DNA of 63,565 nt, filler included, from Octopus bimaculoides (taxonomy: Eukaryota): NCBI RefSeq assembly GCF_001194135.2. It is 8 parts of 8 records of this genome, joined end to end, with 100 filler letters (N's around TTAATTAATTAA, not from the genome) between each part and the next. Parts side by side here need not be neighbours in the genome. Positions count along the whole stretch, not along the records: positions 1 to 29,442 come from NC_068986.1; 7 more parts are not named here. One strand, 5' to 3'. The position numbers and the translations under genes are program-made. Every line of letters starts with the position of its first letter. The first letter of the stretch is position 1. Below, piece after piece: positions 1 to 17,120 of the stretch. Under the pieces are notes generated by a model. The model was not told the DNA's origin, ran no database searches, and was given only the letters and a program-made list of their open reading frames with translations.

Positions 1-18
1 TCTTCTTCTTCTTCTTCT

Positions 19-65
<47 letters not shown>

Positions 66-78
66 CCTCCTCTCTCTT
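1..78. repeat. (CTT)n/(CT)n microsatellite
   Basis: Direct reading. Confidence 0.95.
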
Positions 79-676
79 TCTGTCGTTTTAAAGCACACGT
101 ATACACATATTTGTGTTATATGTGTATGTGAATGTATGTGCGTTCTTATATAGAAATACCATTTCAAATTCCACCACATTAATAAGTTTCGCTCTATCGA
201 TATATCACTTTACCTTCATTGTCTCTCTCATTCTTTCTGTTACTCCCACCTCCCTCTCTCTCCCTCTCTCACTCACACACACTCTAAGTCTCTATTAGCT
301 TCTTTGTTTCTTTCTCCGTTGCTGTCCACCTCTCCCACCTGCCTCTCCCCTTCCTTATTTATACATTTCTATTTTATGACTAATAACGTGGAACATCTTA
401 TTTTTCCTTCATCTTATTTTCATGTACCTACATGTGTGTGCAAACGTCGGAATGAGTGTGTTCATATACATTTTTATACGGCCATATGTGTGTATGTCAA
501 GGCATATGTGTGTGTGTGTGTGCTTGCACGTGTGTGTGTGTGTGTGCGTATATACGTATGTATGTGTGTGCATGCATATATGCATGTATATATGTATGTT
601 TGTATATATGCATGTATATATGTATGTTTGTATATAAAATGTTTGTCTATGTGTCTGAGAAAGAGAGAGAAAGTAA

Positions 677-760
<84 letters not shown>

Positions 761-762
761 AA
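677..762. repeat. (GAAA)n microsatellite
   Basis: Direct reading. Confidence 0.95.
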
Positions 763-1239
763 GAGACGGTGTACCTTTAATTTCAGAACTATAACAGTGG
801 ATTGGCGCGATTACATTTGCATATAAAGTGATACCAGGTTTTCCTACGATAATTTCCATTATGAAACAAGATGGCCGAAAACATGAAAGGATGGCATTCA
901 GTCTCGGCTATATTTCCTCCACTGTGTAGAGAGGTAGGTAGCTACATAGACGGTTCGTTGCCTGGATGGAGGAGAGGGTAGATGTCTTTGAGAATGTAGG
1001 GTTTTTCGCCGGCTGGCTGCCAGGCTCGCTGGTTGGTTATGCTCCGGTGATGGGAAGGTCAGTAGTCGGTAGATAGGGAGAGAGAGGAGGTGTAAGGCAA
1101 CGGTTTTTACGTTCGGTGTTTGATAGCAATGACTAACCGATCGAAAAACCTCCGACCAATTTAGAAAGAATAAAAAAAAAGTGTCGACCGAATAAGTGAC
1201 AACGAACGACAAGTAGAACAAACGTAGATGTAAGAAATT

Positions 1240-1605
1240 AGAATAGAGTACGTGTGTGTTGTGTGTGCGTGTGTGTGTATGTGTGTGTGTATGTGTGTGT
1301 GTGTGTGTGTCTGTCTGTGTAACTGTAGGTATGTATATGCTTAAGGATGTATGTATGCGTGCATGTGTTTCTGTGTGCGTTGAAGTATATTGGTATATAA
1401 TATATAACTGAGACTACATTTAAAACGTGCACAAGTGATACACACGTACACAAACACAATTATGTATGCATATATATATATATATATATATATACACAAA
1501 CACACATACATAAAAACATACACATGTGCATACAGGAACGCACAGGAGCGAACACTTAAAATCGTATGTGTGTACGTGTGTACAGAAGCGTATATATGCA
1601 TATGT

Positions 1606-1656
<51 letters not shown>

Positions 1657-1678
1657 NNNNNNNNNNATATGCATATGT

Positions 1679-1735
<57 letters not shown>

Positions 1736-2346
1736 TACGTACATTAACACATATACATATATGTATGTATGTATGTATGTGTCTGTGCACGCGCACACAG
1801 ACATTTAAAAAGCAATACAAATGGCCGTAGCACTCAGGAAAATATCAAAACAACTATAAGTGGGAATGAAACAGGAGATTGTGATGTTAAATATCTTTTG
1901 TTTGTTTAAGTCTTTCTATGAATAAACTAGAAGCTATTATTTCTTTGTTCAGTGACCGGTATTACAGCACCATCCACACACACACTCACTCAAACGCGCA
2001 CACATTCACACCATCGACCCCATCATCAACTTACCTTCATCATCATCACACAAACACGCACGCAAACACCACGACAAACTGAATTTCTTTCGAAACAGAA
2101 TCACACACGCACATACATAAGCGCATACGCACATACACACTTATATATATATACACGCACAAACATATATATATACACACAGACATACATACACGTATAA
2201 ATATATACAGGAATATCTATAGGTGTATATGTGTGTACATGAGTGCGTGTGAGTATATATGTGTATATATGTTATAAATGTCTGTATGTATGTCAATAAG
2301 TGTTTATATATACATAAATATCTATATAGATTTCTATGTATGTATG

Positions 2347-2383
<37 letters not shown>

Positions 2384-2975
2384 NNNNNNNNNNNNNNNNN
2401 NNNNNNNNNNNNNNNNNNNNNNNNNNNNNNNNNNNNNNNNNNNNNNNNNNNNNNNNNNNNNNNNNNNNNNNNNNNNNNNNNNNNNNNNNNNNNNNNNNNN
2501 NNNNNNNNNNNNNNNNNNNNNNNNNNNNNNNNNNNNNNNNNNNNNNNNNNNNNNNNNNNNNNNNNNNNNNNNNNNNNNNNNNNNNNNNNNNNNNNNNNNN
2601 NNNNNNNNNNNNNNNNNNNNNNNNNNNNNNNNNNNNNNNNNNNNNNNNNNNNNNNNNNNNNNNNNNNNNNNNNNNNNNNNNNNNNNNNNNNNNNNNNNNN
2701 NNNNNNNNNNNNATATATGTATATATATGTATGTATATGCATATATATAGATGTATACATAAATACACACACACACACACACACACCCTAAGAATTAACA
2801 GTTCGTTACTAATAGTTTCGCGATATATATTTGTATATGCGTATCTTTTCAATAGGTATATATATACATATGCATATATGTATATTCACACACATATACA
2901 TGTGTATATATTTACACTAATGTATCTCTCTATCTATCTATATATCTATCTATCTATCTCTCTATCTATCTATAC

Positions 2976-3009
<34 letters not shown>

Positions 3010-4281
3010 ACAACAAACACACATAGGCATTAATACATAGATGAATAGATTCGTATATACGTTCATCCATACATACTTATATGTATATAAACAGAGGGAT
3101 GCATTATGAGGGTGAGGTTTATGTCCAGTTTACGAGAAAAGCTTTTTGTATCAATTTGCATATATAAATACGTGATGAATATGAATATATGTTCAATTTT
3201 TTGTGTGCAAAATGTATTTACCGTCGAATATATATAAATGTGCACGTACGTTATCGTATACCAATGTTTGGATAACTGTATGTATGAACTTAAGGAAATC
3301 TATATGTACGTATGTGTTTATGTAGATGGGCGTAGATGCATTTTACGCTCACAATCGTACATTAAATATTATATCTACATACATACACACTGAGATACAT
3401 ACACACTGACATACATACACTGGTGTCTTAATTATTCATGTTGTTGAGTGTCTGCTTCACTTGTTAGATTTGTACGTTTGTGGTTTGCATAAAAGTCTAC
3501 CGGTACCTATTTGCACTACATATATACATATATANNNNNNNNNNNNNNNNNNNNNNNNNNNNNNNNNNNNNNNNNNNNNNNNNNNNNNNNNNNNNNNNNN
3601 NNNNNNNNNNNNNNNNNNNNNNNNNNNNNNNNNNNNNNNNNNNNNNNNNNNNNNNNNNNNNNNNNNNNNNNNNNNNNNNNNNNNNNNNNNNNNNNNNNNN
3701 NNNNNNNNNNNNNNNNNNNNNNNNNNNNNNNNNNNNNNNTATATATATATATATATATCGGATAGTATATGTACGGGTGTATATATATGTATCGTTATAT
3801 AAGTTAACTTTCTGCTTATATATATGTGTCTGCGTATGTGTATGTGTGTATTACTGTGGTCTAATTTTCACATTGTCGTACATCCAAAGACGAACATTTT
3901 GTTTCGGCCAGCGATGACAAATAACTTCAAAGAAACAACACCTGATCAACACTCACATACACAGTATGTGGCACACAAAGATGCTTAATCGTGTCCATAT
4001 ACACACATTTATACACACGCTAGTCACTTATATTGATAAGTAGTATACACACAGACATATATTTTGACGTATATACATACATATTTATATGCTTATATAC
4101 ACTCTTACGCACTCTCTTACACAAATATAAATGTATAATCATGCGTATACGTTGAGAATCATTTATACACACGCTTATACACTCATTTGCATTGAGAGAT
4201 TTCCTTAAGTAGATATATTACAACTTTGCCATTATATTATCTAAAAACGTTGAATTAGACATAAACACATACATACGCTTA

Positions 4282-4330
<49 letters not shown>

Positions 4331-5182
4331 GTATATATATATATACATATATATACATACATATATATATATATACACATACGTATATATATATATATAT
4401 ATATATANNNNNNNNNNNNNNNNNNNNNNNNNNNNNNNNNNNNNNNNNNNNNNNNNNNNNNNNNNNNNNNNNNNNNNNNNNNNNNNNNNNNNNNNNNNNN
4501 NNNNNNNNNNNNNNNNNNNNNNNNNNNNNNNNNNNNNNNNNNNNNNNNNNNNNNNNNNNNNNNNNNNNNNNNNNNNNNNNNNNNNNNNNNNNNNNNNNNN
4601 NNNNNNNNNNNNNNNNNNNNNNNNNNNNNNNNNNNNNNNNNNNNNNNNNNNNNNNNNNNNNNNNNNNNNNNNNNNNNNNNNNNNNNNNNNNNNNNNNNNN
4701 NNNNNNNNNNNNNNNNNNNNNNNNNNNNNNNNNNNNNNNNNNNNNNNNNNNNNNNNNNNNNNNNNNNNNNNNNNNNNNNNNNNNNNNNNNNNNNNNNNNN
4801 NNNNNNNTATACATTCACGCACACATGCACACACGCGCACACACACACATATATAAACTTAATATACGTGAAGCATTATTGAAGTACACGTCCACAAGCT
4901 TTGAAACATACGTACCCCTCCCCCATACAATCATTCATTTGTAAGTGCTGTATGTTTGCGTATGTGTATGTGCGTGTGTGTGCATGCGTGTGCGCGTGTG
5001 TGTGCATGCGTGTGCGCGTGCGTTCGCGCGTGTGTGCATATGTGTTAATGTGTGTGTGTTTGTCTATATACTCTCGTGCACTGAGGTAGAAGGAAAATTA
5101 TAAGTATGTATATATGTATAAACGTACGTACCTACATATCTAGTTTATGTGGAAGTATGGTTATTTAATATAAAAAATACTT

Positions 5183-5225
<43 letters not shown>

Positions 5226-5285
5226 TACACACACACTCACTCACACACACACACACACACACACATACACACACACTCACACACG
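1240..5285. repeat. Dense (TA)n/(CA)n/(TG)n compound microsatellite region with gaps
   Basis: Direct reading; source of the YIYI/VCVC/THTH pseudo-ORFs. Confidence 0.9.
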
Positions 5286-5982
5286 TTCAGAAGCTGATTT
5301 AGGGTGTTTGTTGCAAAGCAATCAGCTGAATCCTATATACACATCATAAAATTTCCCAATATTTAATCTGAAAACGATGAATCAGAATCACTGAGTCTTC
5401 ATAATGATTTTTATATGACTATCCTGTTAGTTAATTCTTTTACAGATTTCGTGTTTAATTAAATAAGACGAAATCTTATATCATGTGTAACACACGCTAA
5501 CCAGTACTAATCTTCCGAAATGTGGACCCTTTTTTTGTTTGTTTTTGACTTAAACATCACTTTAGTCCAAATGCTGCAAAAATGTTGATAAAATATCTTG
5601 TCTTGTCCGTTCTATTGTCCTGTTTAGGTGTTGTACGTCACACGTCCTTTCCTTTTGACAATGGTTCTGAATGTTCTGAGAGAATTTGGTCCGTTATATT
5701 TTACAGGTGTTACCTCAGTCTGGAATATCCATCTTAGTTATGGGTTATGCTCACAGGTTTAGGAATAGGAAGTGTAGAGCAGGCTATTCTATTTAGTCGT
5801 ATCGAGATTACGAAAACATTTATTAGCAGTGGATTCGGTATTGGCTTCATCTTCATGTTAAAATAAGAACACATTCCGCAATTCATCGCTCATGAAATTA
5901 GCTTGAGATAGCTGAGGAAAGGAAGTACTTGTGGAAACATAATAATAGTTCGACAGTTTTGATGCTGGTTACGCTAGGCGAA

Positions 5983-6527
5983 GTGGAGGCGCAATGGCCC
6001 AGTGGTTAGGGCAGCGGACTCGCGGTCATAGGATCGCGGTTTCGATTCCTAGACTGTGCGTTGTGAGTGTTTATTGATCGAAACACCTAAAAGCTCCACG
6101 AGGCTCCGGCAGGAGATGGTGGCGAACCCTGCTGTACTCTTCTATCACAACTTTCTCTCACTCTTACTTCCTGTTTCTGCCGTGCCTGCAATTCAAAGGG
6201 TCAGCCTTGTCACACTGTGTCACGCTGAATATTCCTGAGAACTACGTTAAGGGTACACGTGTCTGTGGAGTGCTCAGCCACTTGCACGTTAATTTCACGA
6301 GNNNNNNNNNNCTCACTCTTACTTCCTGTTTCTGCCGTGCCTGCAATTCAAAGGGTCAGCCTTGTCACACTGTGTCACGCTGAATATTCCTGAGAACTAC
6401 GTTAAGGGTACACGTGTCTGTGGAGTGCTCAGCCACTTGCACGTTAATTTCACGAGCAGGCTGTTCCGTTGATCGGATCAACTGGAACCCTCGACGTCGT
6501 AAGCGACGGAGTGCCAACAACAACAAC
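5983..6527 (+). mobile_element. tRNA-derived SINE, family A (about 385-bp unit, AAC tail); inflated here by an assembly duplication across the 10-N gap
   Basis: Pol III A box (tggcccagtggttagg) and B box (ggtttcgattcc), body shared with the copies at 25.7, 35.3 and 39.6 kb, (AAC)n tail. Confidence 0.9.
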
Positions 6528-6994
6528 GACAAAAATTGTTTTAAGTTGATGCAAGACGGTGTAGAATGGGTGGTAGCTTGTAAATACTTGCTGACATATT
6601 CTACTCAATTGTAAGATTTTTAAGCGATGTAGACCGTTCACTATGGGACGAAGGGGGAACGTGTGAGAAACACTTATCTATTTGTCAAATAGTTATATCT
6701 AAAATATACATTCGAAACCTAATAGCATTACATGTTGAGGGTGTTAGGATTATCCAAGCGTGAACAACTGTAAGATGCGTTCAACTCAGAATAAATGTAT
6801 TCAAATCTACATTGACACGTAGAGATATTAAATACTGTACCGCCTTACGGCAACTGGTAGACGGTGCCAATCTCTCCGCCTTGAAGACGGAGGCCAGATT
6901 TACGGTAATGTTTATATGCATCCTCTACTGTTGCATCTTCTTGACACTTGACATACTCCATCCGCTAACATTATAACTATTACGTAAAATCTTT

Positions 6995-10530
<3,536 letters not shown>

Positions 10531-11011
10531 GCGATGTCATGAGAATATGGAACGACGCTGTAGTTGATGAAGATTCAATTGCCATCTGGATTCTTTCNNN
10601 NNNNNNNNNNNNNNNNNNNNNNNNNNNNNNNNNNNNNNNNNNNNNNNNNNNNNNNNNNNNNNNNNNNNNNNNNNNNNNNNNNNNNNNNNNNNNNNNNNNN
10701 NNNNNNNNNNNNNNNNNNNNNNNNNNNNNNNNNNNNNNNNNNNNNNNNNNNNNNNNNNNNNNNNNNNNNNNNNNNNNNNNNNNNNNNNNNNNNNNNNNNN
10801 NNNNNNNNNNNNNNNNNNNNNNNNNNNNNNNNNNNNNNNNNNNNNNNNNNNNNNNNNNNNNNNNNNNNNNNNNNNNNNNNNNNNNNNNNNNNNNNNNNNN
10901 NNNNNNNNNNNNNNNNNNNNNNNNNNNNNNNNNNNNNNNNNNNNNNNNNNNNNNNNNNNNNNNNNNNNNNNNNNNNNNNNNNNNNNNNNNNNNNNNNNNN
11001 NNNNNNNNNNN

Positions 11012-11022
11012 ACTGCTGCTGT

Positions 11023-11053
<31 letters not shown>

Positions 11054-11177
11054 ACTACTATTACTACTGCTACCAGCACTCTCACTAACACCACTACAAC
11101 CACCACCATTACCACTACCACCATCACTATCACTACTACAACTACTACTACTTCTAATAATAATAATAATAATAATA

Positions 11178-11235
<58 letters not shown>

Positions 11236-11400
11236 TAATACTAATACTACTACTATTACTATTATTATAGCTACTATTGCTACTACTACTGCTACTACTA
11301 CTACTACTACTACAATTGTTGTTACTACTAACTACTACTACTACTTTTACTGCTGCTGTTACTGCTTCTACTATTGTTACTAACACTGCTGCTGCTGCTG

Positions 11401-11445
<45 letters not shown>

Positions 11446-12702
11446 TTACGACAGTCCAAACAACACTTACGCACACGCATGCACACCTAATGGTCAGTGC
11501 ACGCATTGCTACCGTCACTCACACCTCGCTTGACGGCTAGCATCTTCATCACACCCTATTATGAAACGTACTACAGCCTATACACACGCTGCTTATTACC
11601 ACTGACATCACTACACCACACCGCACCACTTCCACTCCTTCTACCGTCATCACTAGTATTACACTCGGCTCGACTGTCAACAACGTCGTCACCATCGCAG
11701 ATACTACAAACATCACAACCGGCATCGTTACAAGCATCGTCACCACCACCACCACTACTACCACCACCATCACCACCACCACTACCACTACCACCACCAA
11801 CAACAACAACAAGAACACCACCACCACTACCACCACCACCACCACCACCACTACCACCACCACCACCACCANNNNNNNNNNNNNNNNNNNNNNNNNNNNN
11901 NNNNNNNNNNNNNNNNNNNNNNNNNNNNNNNNNNNNNNNNNNNNNNNNNNNNNNNNNNNNNNNNNNNNNNNNNNNNNNNNNNNNNNNNNNNNNNNNNNNN
12001 NNNNNNNNNNNNNNNNNNNNNNNNNNNNNNNNNNNNNNNNNNNNNNNNNNNNNNNNNNNNNNNNNNNNNNNNNNNNNNNNNNNNNNNNNNNNNNNNNNNN
12101 NNNNNNNNNNNNNNNNNNNNNNNNNNNNNNNNNNNNNNNNNNNNNNNNNNNNNNNNNNNNNNNNNNNNNNNNNNNNNNNNNNNNNNNNNNNNNNNNNNNN
12201 NNNNNNNNNNNNNNNNNNNNNNNNNNNNNNNNNNNNNNNNNNNNNNNNNNNNNNNNNNNNNNNNNNNNNNNNNNNNNNNNNNNNNNNNNNNNNNNNNNNN
12301 NNNACCACCACCACCACTACCACCACCACCACCACCACCACTACCACCACCACCACTTCCATCAGCAACATTATTAACGCGGCAAGCATGAAAACCACCG
12401 CATCCACCTCGGCAGTCTCACTACCATTTTCCATAATCCTATACACCAGTACAAACAGCCACCCGCCACCCGACACCACCGCCGCCATCAACCCTACAGT
12501 TACTGGCGATATCCTTATAGCTACCCTCTAGAATCTCAACCAACCATCATAAATTCTATTACGATTGACCCCATCGCCATTATCTACATCATCATCGTCG
12601 TCGTCGTCGTCATCATAATCAACGCCTTCATCATCGTCATCATCATTGTCGTCGTCGTCATCATCATCTTCATCATCATCTTCATCATCATCATCATCAT
12701 CA

Positions 12703-12734
<32 letters not shown>

Positions 12735-12949
12735 ATCATCGACGCCTTCATCCTTTTCATTGTCGTCGTCATCATCATCATTATTCTCATCATCATCATC
12801 ATCATCATAATCATCATCATAATCATCACCATCATCACCATCATCACCATCATCACCATCATCATAATCATCATCATCATCATCTTCATCATCATCATCA
12901 TCATCATCATAATCATCATCATCTCAACACCTTCATCATCATCATCATT

Positions 12950-12988
<39 letters not shown>

Positions 12989-13087
12989 GCCATCATTATC
13001 GTCGTTGTCGTCGTCGTTGTTGACATCATCATCATCATCATCAACATCATCATCATCATTATCATCATCATCATCATCATCATCATC
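11012..13087. repeat. C/A-rich trinucleotide domain ((ACT)n, (ATT)n, (ACC)n, (ATC)n) with gaps
   Basis: Direct reading; complementary in composition to 6995-10530. Confidence 0.9.
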
Positions 13088-14134
13088 NNNNNNNNNNNNN
13101 NNNNNNNNNNNNNNNNNNNNNNNNNNNNNNNNNNNNNNNNNNNNNNNNNNNNNNNNNNNNNNNNNNNNNNNNNNNNNNNNNNNNNNNNNNNNNNNNNNNN
13201 NNNNNNNNNNNNNNNNNNNNNNNNNNNNNNNNNNNNNNNNNNNNNNNNNNNNNNNNNNNNNNNNNNNNNNNNNNNNNNNNNNNNNNNNNNNNNNNNNNNN
13301 NNNNNNNNNNNNNNNNNNNNNNNNNNNNNNNNNNNNNNNNNNNNNNNNNNNNNNNNNNNNNNNNNNNNNNNNNNNNNNNNNNNNNNNNNNNNNNNNNNNN
13401 NNNNNNNNNNNNNNNNNNNNNNNNNNNNNNNNNNNNNNNNNNNNNNNNNNNNNNNNNNNNNNNNNNNNNNNNNNNNNNNNNNNNNNNNNNNNNNNNNNNN
13501 NNNNNNNNNNNNNNNNNNNNNNNNNNTGCAATATGGCGAGATGTGAGATGAACCAGCGGGGTACAAGGTGGAAGGGGTAAAGAGGGGTAGCGTATCTTTC
13601 TGCTGATTTATGACGACTGCTTCCCCCTCCCCCCGCTTCTCTTCCCTTCCCCTTCTTTCTTCTCTCCCGCTATAACTCCTCTCCGCACTCTTTTTCTTAC
13701 TCTCTCTTCTTCTCCTTCACCTCTCACACTCTCCAATTCCTCCATAATTACCACCACCCACGTGCGTCTCGCTGATTGAAATTTTATTTTTTATAGTTTT
13801 TTTCTTTTTTTTTATTTCAAATAAGAACTCAAATATAGTTAATTTGATTTATATTGATGAAAGCAGAACGGTGTAAAACTAAACAATATTATAAAAGCGA
13901 CCATCAATGCATGTCACAATGAGAACTGAGTTTTGATGGCACGGAGGTGATGGGTCTAGTCAGCAGTTTACTTCGGACGCGACCAACATCTCAACTCTGC
14001 TACCATCTTTAATAAAGTTAGCATCATCACTGTCATTTTCACTATTAACATCATCAGCATCACCAACAACACCAGAACCGCCAACGACAACACTAACAAA
14101 AACAACAATGACATCAACAACGAACTAACGCGGT

Positions 14135-14625
14135 CGCTCAAGCTAATAGAAATAGCAGTAGTCAAATCACTTTGAAATCACGTTGTCATTTTGCTAAGAG
14201 AAGAAAAGGACTATTTGATCATTTTGTCGTAGATATTTACCAAATGACGGAATGGTCACGGCAAGAACGTTTTTGATCATCAGTCTGCGAGATCCGGGTT
14301 CGCCTGGGTTAAACATCGCGAACAACAACTACAGCAACATCAACAGCAGCAGCAACAAAAACAACAACAATGAACAAACAGGGGATTCGTTCAAGCCGTT
14401 GTTGAACCTATCAGAAACAACAGTCAAATCTACCTTAAATCACGTCCTGTCAGTTTACAAAAATAAGAAGAGGTCATATTAGTTAATCTTGTCATAGATA
14501 TCCAACAAAGGAGACTATGGTCACGGCTGGAACGTCTATGAGGTTTGAGTTGACATCGGCTAAACATCTACAACAACAATATTAACACCGGCAACAATAA
14601 CATTTGCAAGAAAAACAACAATGAC
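14135..14625 (+). mobile_element. Two tandem diverged copies of an old SINE-like family E 3' end
   Basis: Repeated tcaaatc...aaatcacg...ttgtc.tagatat...atggtcacggc..gaacgt...taaacatc followed by an (AAC)-rich tail, at about 14160 and 14420. Confidence 0.6.
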
Positions 14626-14630
14626 GAAAA

Positions 14631-14862
14631 TACTCTTTTACTTGTTTCAGTCATTTGACTGCGGCCATGCTGGAGCACCGCCTTTAGTCGAGCAAATCGA
14701 CCCCAGGACTTATTCTTTGGAAGCCTAGTACTTATTCTATCGGTCTTTTTTGCCGAACCGCTAAGTTACGGGGACGTAAACACATCAGCATCGGTTGTCA
14801 AGCGATGTTGCGGGGGACAAACACAGACACACAAACATATACACACAAATACACATACATAT
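14631..14862 (-). mobile_element. SINE family B, 3' half
   Basis: tactcttttacttgtttcagtcatttgactgcggccatgctggagcaccgcc...gggacaaacacag, near-identical to the copies at 41.8, 48.4, 54.9, 57.8 and 63.2 kb. Confidence 0.88.
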
Positions 14863-14949
14863 ATGATGCCCCAGCATGGCCACAGCTCATGAGCTGAAAC
14901 TAGATAAAATGAAAATATATACGACGGTGTTGTACCCGTCACTATATTC

Positions 14950-15097
14950 TGATGTTTGGTGAAAATGATTGATGAAAATTTTTGATGATGATAATTGATG
15001 AAAACGTTTGAAGATGTTTGATGAATATATTTGATGAAACGATTCAATGAAAATGTTTGATGAAGATATATGATGATTTTTGATGAAAATGTTTGAT
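14950..15097. repeat. Degenerate tandem repeat of about 11-14 bp (TTTGATGAAAATG)
   Basis: Repeated tttgatgaa cores. Confidence 0.75.
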
Positions 15098-15110
15098 GGG
15101 CATGCCCACT

Positions 15111-15280
15111 ATGATCCGGTTTGATCCGGCTTGGTCTAGTCTAGACCAGTCTGATCCAGTTTCTGTTGTTCTGGAATGGTCTGAACCGGTTTCGACCGGG
15201 CTGATTCAGTCGGGACGGGTTTGTTCCAGTTTGAACCAGTCGGATCCGGTTTCGACCGATCTGGACCAGCTTTTTCGGGC
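15111..15280. repeat. 17 x 10-bp tandem repeat (consensus about YTGAWCCRGT)
   Basis: Register is held without indels from atgatccggt to tttttcgggc. Confidence 0.85.
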
Positions 15281-15305
15281 TTGAAATATTTCTAATCTTT
15301 GTACA

Positions 15306-15619
15306 GTGAAGGCGCATGGCTTAGTGGTAACAGTATTCAGCTCACGATCATAAGATCATGAGTTCGATTTTCGGCGGTGTGTTGTGTCTCTGAGCAAGAC
15401 ACTTTATTTCATGTTACTCAGGTTCACTCAGCTGGCGAAAATGAGTCGTACCTGTGTTTCAAACGGCCAGCCATATCACCTTCTGTGTTATGCTGAATCT
15501 CTCTGAGAACTACATTAACGTTACACATGTCTGTTGATTGCTTAGTTGCTTGCACGTAAACTTCATGAGGGGACTGCTCCTTTTATCGCATCAGCTGAAA
15601 CCCTTCTCGTCGTAAGGGA
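15306..15619 (+). mobile_element. SINE family C (different tRNA-like head, family-A-like body), diverged
   Basis: A box tggcttagtggtaa, B box gagttcgatt, tgagcaagacacttta segment, then a body resembling family A (gctgaat...gagaactac...tgcacgt). Confidence 0.75.
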
Positions 15620-17120
15620 GAAAATTTATTACTTTATTAACGACTGTTCTGATAAAAAGAGACCATGTTTTGGGTCAGAGAAATCAAGAAATATAACAAC
15701 CAGCGTTCTTTTAGCTAAAAAGGTCCTTTAAGGAGACTGGTAGAGAAAAACAAAGTGGTCTTTCTGTATAAGGCCAGCATTTGTAGAGAAGCGAACACTG
15801 AAATATTTTCGTTGTATTTAACAGAAGGGAATTGATTTTAAAAATAAAAACCACATTTTACTTCATCACAGACTCACCAATAAAATAAGAAATAAAATAT
15901 ATAAATTTGTGAATTCCCACAAGTAAAAATATAATTTATGAGAAGTGACAGCTATTTTGAAGCTCTTCGTCTTGTGTCATCCAAAAGTGAGATTGTGACT
16001 ATAAATGAAAATGAAATATAAGAACATGATTCGCCTTCAAACATATTGTTTGGTGTGTCATTAATTAGCTTCCATCTTAATAAAGCCAAGCATGGAATAT
16101 GGGTTAGAATGCTATATTTAACCACATGGCACATATGACTTGTATCAGACTCTTAGGGAACTATTCGGCTTCTTAACTAAATTTATCATGGATACATACA
16201 TAGAAGCAAATCGTACATCCACTTATTCACACACGCTCGCACACACAGACACACATCGGTATAAGTATATTTGTGGAGGTGAGTGAATGTGTGTGTATAC
16301 GTAAGTGTATAGGTATGTATATATGTAAGTGTAAATATATTCGTATATCTTGTGTGTACACGTATATATATAGGGATATATGTTTGTATGCATTTTGTGT
16401 ATATTCAATAAACCATTAAGGGACATCGAAGGGACGTATTTTTTAATACTTTTATGGAAAGAAAATACTTATAAACGTATCAGAAGTTTATTCTTCAGAA
16501 AAAAGATAAAATATAGAGTGAGTTAGGAAGACAAAAAATGACTATATACAATATATGTATATATGTATGNNNNNNNNNNNNNNNNNNNNNNNNNNNNNNN
16601 NNNNNNNNNNNNNNNNNNNNNNNNNNNNNNNNNNNNNNNNNNNNNNNNNNNNNNNNNNNNNNNNNNNNNNNNNNNNNNNNNNNNNNNNNNNNNNNNNNNN
16701 NNNNNNNNNNNNNNNNNNNNNNNNNNNNNNNNNNNNNNNNNNNNNNNNNNNNNNNNNNNNNNNNNNNNNNNNNNNNNNNNNNNNNNNNNNNNNNNNNNNN
16801 NNNNNNNNNNNNNNNNNNNNNNNNNNNNNNNNNNNNNNNNNNNNNNNNNNNNNNNNNNNNNNNNNNNNNNNNNNNNNNNNNNNNNNNNNNNNNNNNNNNN
16901 NNNNNNNNNNNNNNNNNNNNNNNNNNNNNNNNNNNNNNNNNNNNNNNNNNNNNNNNNNNNNNNNNNNNNNNNNNNNNNNNNNNNNNNNNNNNNNNNNNNN
17001 NNNNNNNNNNNNNNNNNNNNNNNNNNNNNNNNNNNNNNNNNNNNNNNNNNNNNNNNNNNNNNNNNNNNNNNNNNNNNNNNNNNNNNNNNNNNNNNNNNNN
17101 NNNNNNNNNNNNNNNNNNNN

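Noticed and set aside
880-1230. GC-richer unique segment with RSKNLR (Penelope-like) and a 107-aa minus-strand ORF
   Set aside because: One short motif only; I could not assign it to a gene or element.
113-5349. Many ORFs of YIYI, VCVC, THTH and KERK type (also throughout the window)
   Set aside because: They are translations of stop-free dinucleotide and tetranucleotide microsatellites, often extended through N gaps.
5983-6060. tRNA-like sequence (also the other SINE heads)
   Set aside because: A and B boxes are present, but each continues into a SINE body and lacks a proper acceptor stem; these are not tRNA genes.
6155-6458. Apparent tandem duplication inside a SINE (similar cases at 1605-1735, 56870-57240 and 57590-57700)
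   Set aside because: Identical sequence on both sides of exactly 10 N indicates unmerged contig overlap.
6842-6904. ALRQLVDG... resembling the NOL4 terminal helix (AVRQLVAG)
   Set aside because: It is on the plus strand, opposite to the NOL4 exon, and the diagnostic YRESAAFLLRSADELE does not follow.
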